NCBI GenBank assembly: GCA_029819875.1
Contig: JALGVG010000004.1
Coordinates: 1 to 57,123, forward strand
DNA length: 57,123 nucleotides
Origin: Candidatus Zipacnadia bacterium
GTDB taxonomy: Bacteria; Armatimonadota; Zipacnadia; Zipacnadales; Zipacnadaceae
Direction of reading: 5' to 3'
The translations under genes were made by a program, and so were the position numbers. The notes beneath the pieces are model-generated. The model was given only the letters and a program-made list of their open reading frames with translations, was not told the DNA's origin and did no database searches. Every line of letters begins with the position of its first letter. Position 1 is the first letter of the stretch. Shown one piece after another: positions 55,950 to 57,123 of this stretch.

Positions 55950-57123
55950 GCGTCCACCTCCAGAAATTCGACTCCAGCGGAACAATCCCCGAGACCAGAT
56001 AGCACTGAACACCTGCTTGGCGCAGAGCCGCTGCAAAATGCGCCTCGCGGCTGTTACGTTGATTGCCGATCTCCTTGTTTTCGGGCCCGAAGGTGAGCGT
56101 CTGCAGTAAGAACCACAGCACCGTGTTGCCTTGGAGGGCCAAATAGGCGGCTACATCAACAAGTTCCGCTCCTACCTGGGGCGAGATGACTGCCACGCGC
56201 CCTCCGCGAGGCAGCATGCTCCCGCGGCTGGTGATAACCTCGCGCAAGCTGTGCGGACAATCGTCGCGGCAGCGCGCCAGGGCGTCAAACACGGCCGCTT
56301 GCTGCCCAGGGACAGCGGAGGCGGGCACCGAATAGTCATTCGCCCCCACCGCGATCAGCCCGATTGCCGCGCCCTCTCGCCCGCCTTGCTCGGCCAGGCT
56401 CGCTGCCAGCACGACTCCATACTCCAGGGAACTGCGCTCTCCCTGCCCGGCATGGACATTGCGGCTCAAGTCCAGAATAATTGTAGCTGCATGCGCCGTC
56501 TGTTGCCTGCTTTCCACCACTACCAACTTGCCGCGGCGCGCCGTGTTCGTCCACGAGATGCGGCGCAAATCATCCCCCGGCACATATTCGCGCACGCTGT
56601 GAAAATCAATGCCCTCGCCCACGACGTAGCGCCGCTGGCGCTGCAACACTGCTTCCACCGTTTCCGGCCACAGGTCAGGCAACGACACGGGCTTGGGATA
56701 GACGACAATCTCATTGTACACATCAGCAACAGCGCTGAATTCGTAAATGCCCAGTGTATCCCGCGCGACAAAGCGGACAGGCCCCAACCGGTACAGGCCC
56801 CGGCGCAAGGGCACCAGGCTATAGGTGACCGCCGTTGTCTGCCCTCCGGGCAGGTCAACGACCAGGTGCGGCTCACCGGGACTGATGCTGAGGCCTTTGG
56901 GTATGGTATCGCGTACCTCGAATAACGAGCGGGGGGTGATTGCCGTGTTGATAATCTCCACGCTGACACGGGCCGTGTCGCCGGCATACATTTGGCTCGG
57001 ACAGCGCCGCCGGGCCTGCAGGCCACTGATCCGGTGCCGCGACAACAAGTAAGAGGCAGGGGCTAACAACCCTAAGACAGTGGCCATGAAGTATATCTGT
57101 TCGACGTGAAGCACCAAGGCGAC
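55936..57123 (-). CDS. DUF58 (vWA-like) protein, 5' end probably beyond window
   Basis: DFHSVREYVPGDDLRRISW signature. The reading frame is still open at 57123. Confidence 0.85.
   Translation of the reverse strand, partial: VALVLHVEQIYFMATVLGLLAPASYLLSRHRISGLQARRRCPSQMYAGDTARVSVEIINTAITPRSLFEVRDTIPKGLSISPGEPHLVVDLPGGQTTAVTYSLVPLRRGLYRLGPVRFVARDTLGIYEFSAVADVYNEIVVYPKPVSLPDLWPETVEAVLQRQRRYVVGEGIDFHSVREYVPGDDLRRISWTNTARRGKLVVVESRQQTAHAATIILDLSRNVHAGQGERSSLEYGVVLAASLAEQGGREGAAIGLIAVGANDYSVPASAVPGQQAAVFDALARCRDDCPHSLREVITSRGSMLPRGGRVAVISPQVGAELVDVAAYLALQGNTVLWFLLQTLTFGPENKEIGNQRNSREAHFAAALRQAGVQCYLVSGIVPLESNFWRWTHAVS

Noticed and set aside
1-57123. Looked for CRISPR arrays, IS/transposase or integrase genes, tRNA/rRNA genes, toxin-antitoxin pairs and known defence-system genes
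   Set aside because: I found none. There are no regularly spaced repeats, no T-arm-like GGTTCGAATCC motifs in spacers, and no transposase, integrase or nuclease-helicase defence-type ORFs among the translated frames.

Overview
GC-rich (about 60% by eye) bacterial chromosomal window, densely coding on both strands. I saw no rRNA, tRNA, CRISPR array, IS element or phage genes. The lptC/lptA/lptB/lptFG cluster implies a diderm. CIRCE, HspR, ClpC and a DUF3084/YqgF-like pair give a Terrabacteria-like flavour, possibly Armatimonadota-like, but that is a guess. Content in order: (1) 1-12.5 kb holds sugar and amino-acid metabolism genes: TIM-barrel isomerase, DUF72, D-aminoacylase, class II aldolase + long MDR dehydrogenase + sorbitol-6-P-dehydrogenase-like SDR, DUF362 Fe-S protein, CofC-like nucleotidyltransferase and DegT aminotransferase. 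(2) 12.6-17.4 kb is one 1,586-aa ORF fusing a PA/M28 peptidase-like ectodomain, with degenerate metal ligands, to a complete FtsX/MacB-type permease, and no ABC ATPase lies nearby. This is my top candidate for something undescribed. (3) 17.5-31 kb holds a secreted GH-like protein, orphan larB + Gfo/Idh/MocA + DUF4177, a degenerate-GGDEF protein, a 640-aa aconitase, a PfkB kinase whose 5' end is broken by a 10-bp tandem duplication, a half-size TSUP, an FN3 protein, and a QW-repeat toroid + methyltransferase + deacetylase-like set. (4) 31-43.5 kb is a same-strand stress block: csp, dnaK-dnaJ-sORF-hspR-clpC, grx, CIRCE-groES-groEL, a triple-repeat exported protein and ddl. There is no grpE and no canonical HAIR operator. 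(5) 43.6-57.1 kb holds a YqgF-like nuclease, DUF3084, the lpt genes, two GT-C glycosyltransferases, holA, and a transglutaminase + DUF58 pair that is cut by the window end. All functional calls come from by-eye motif recognition; no searches were run.
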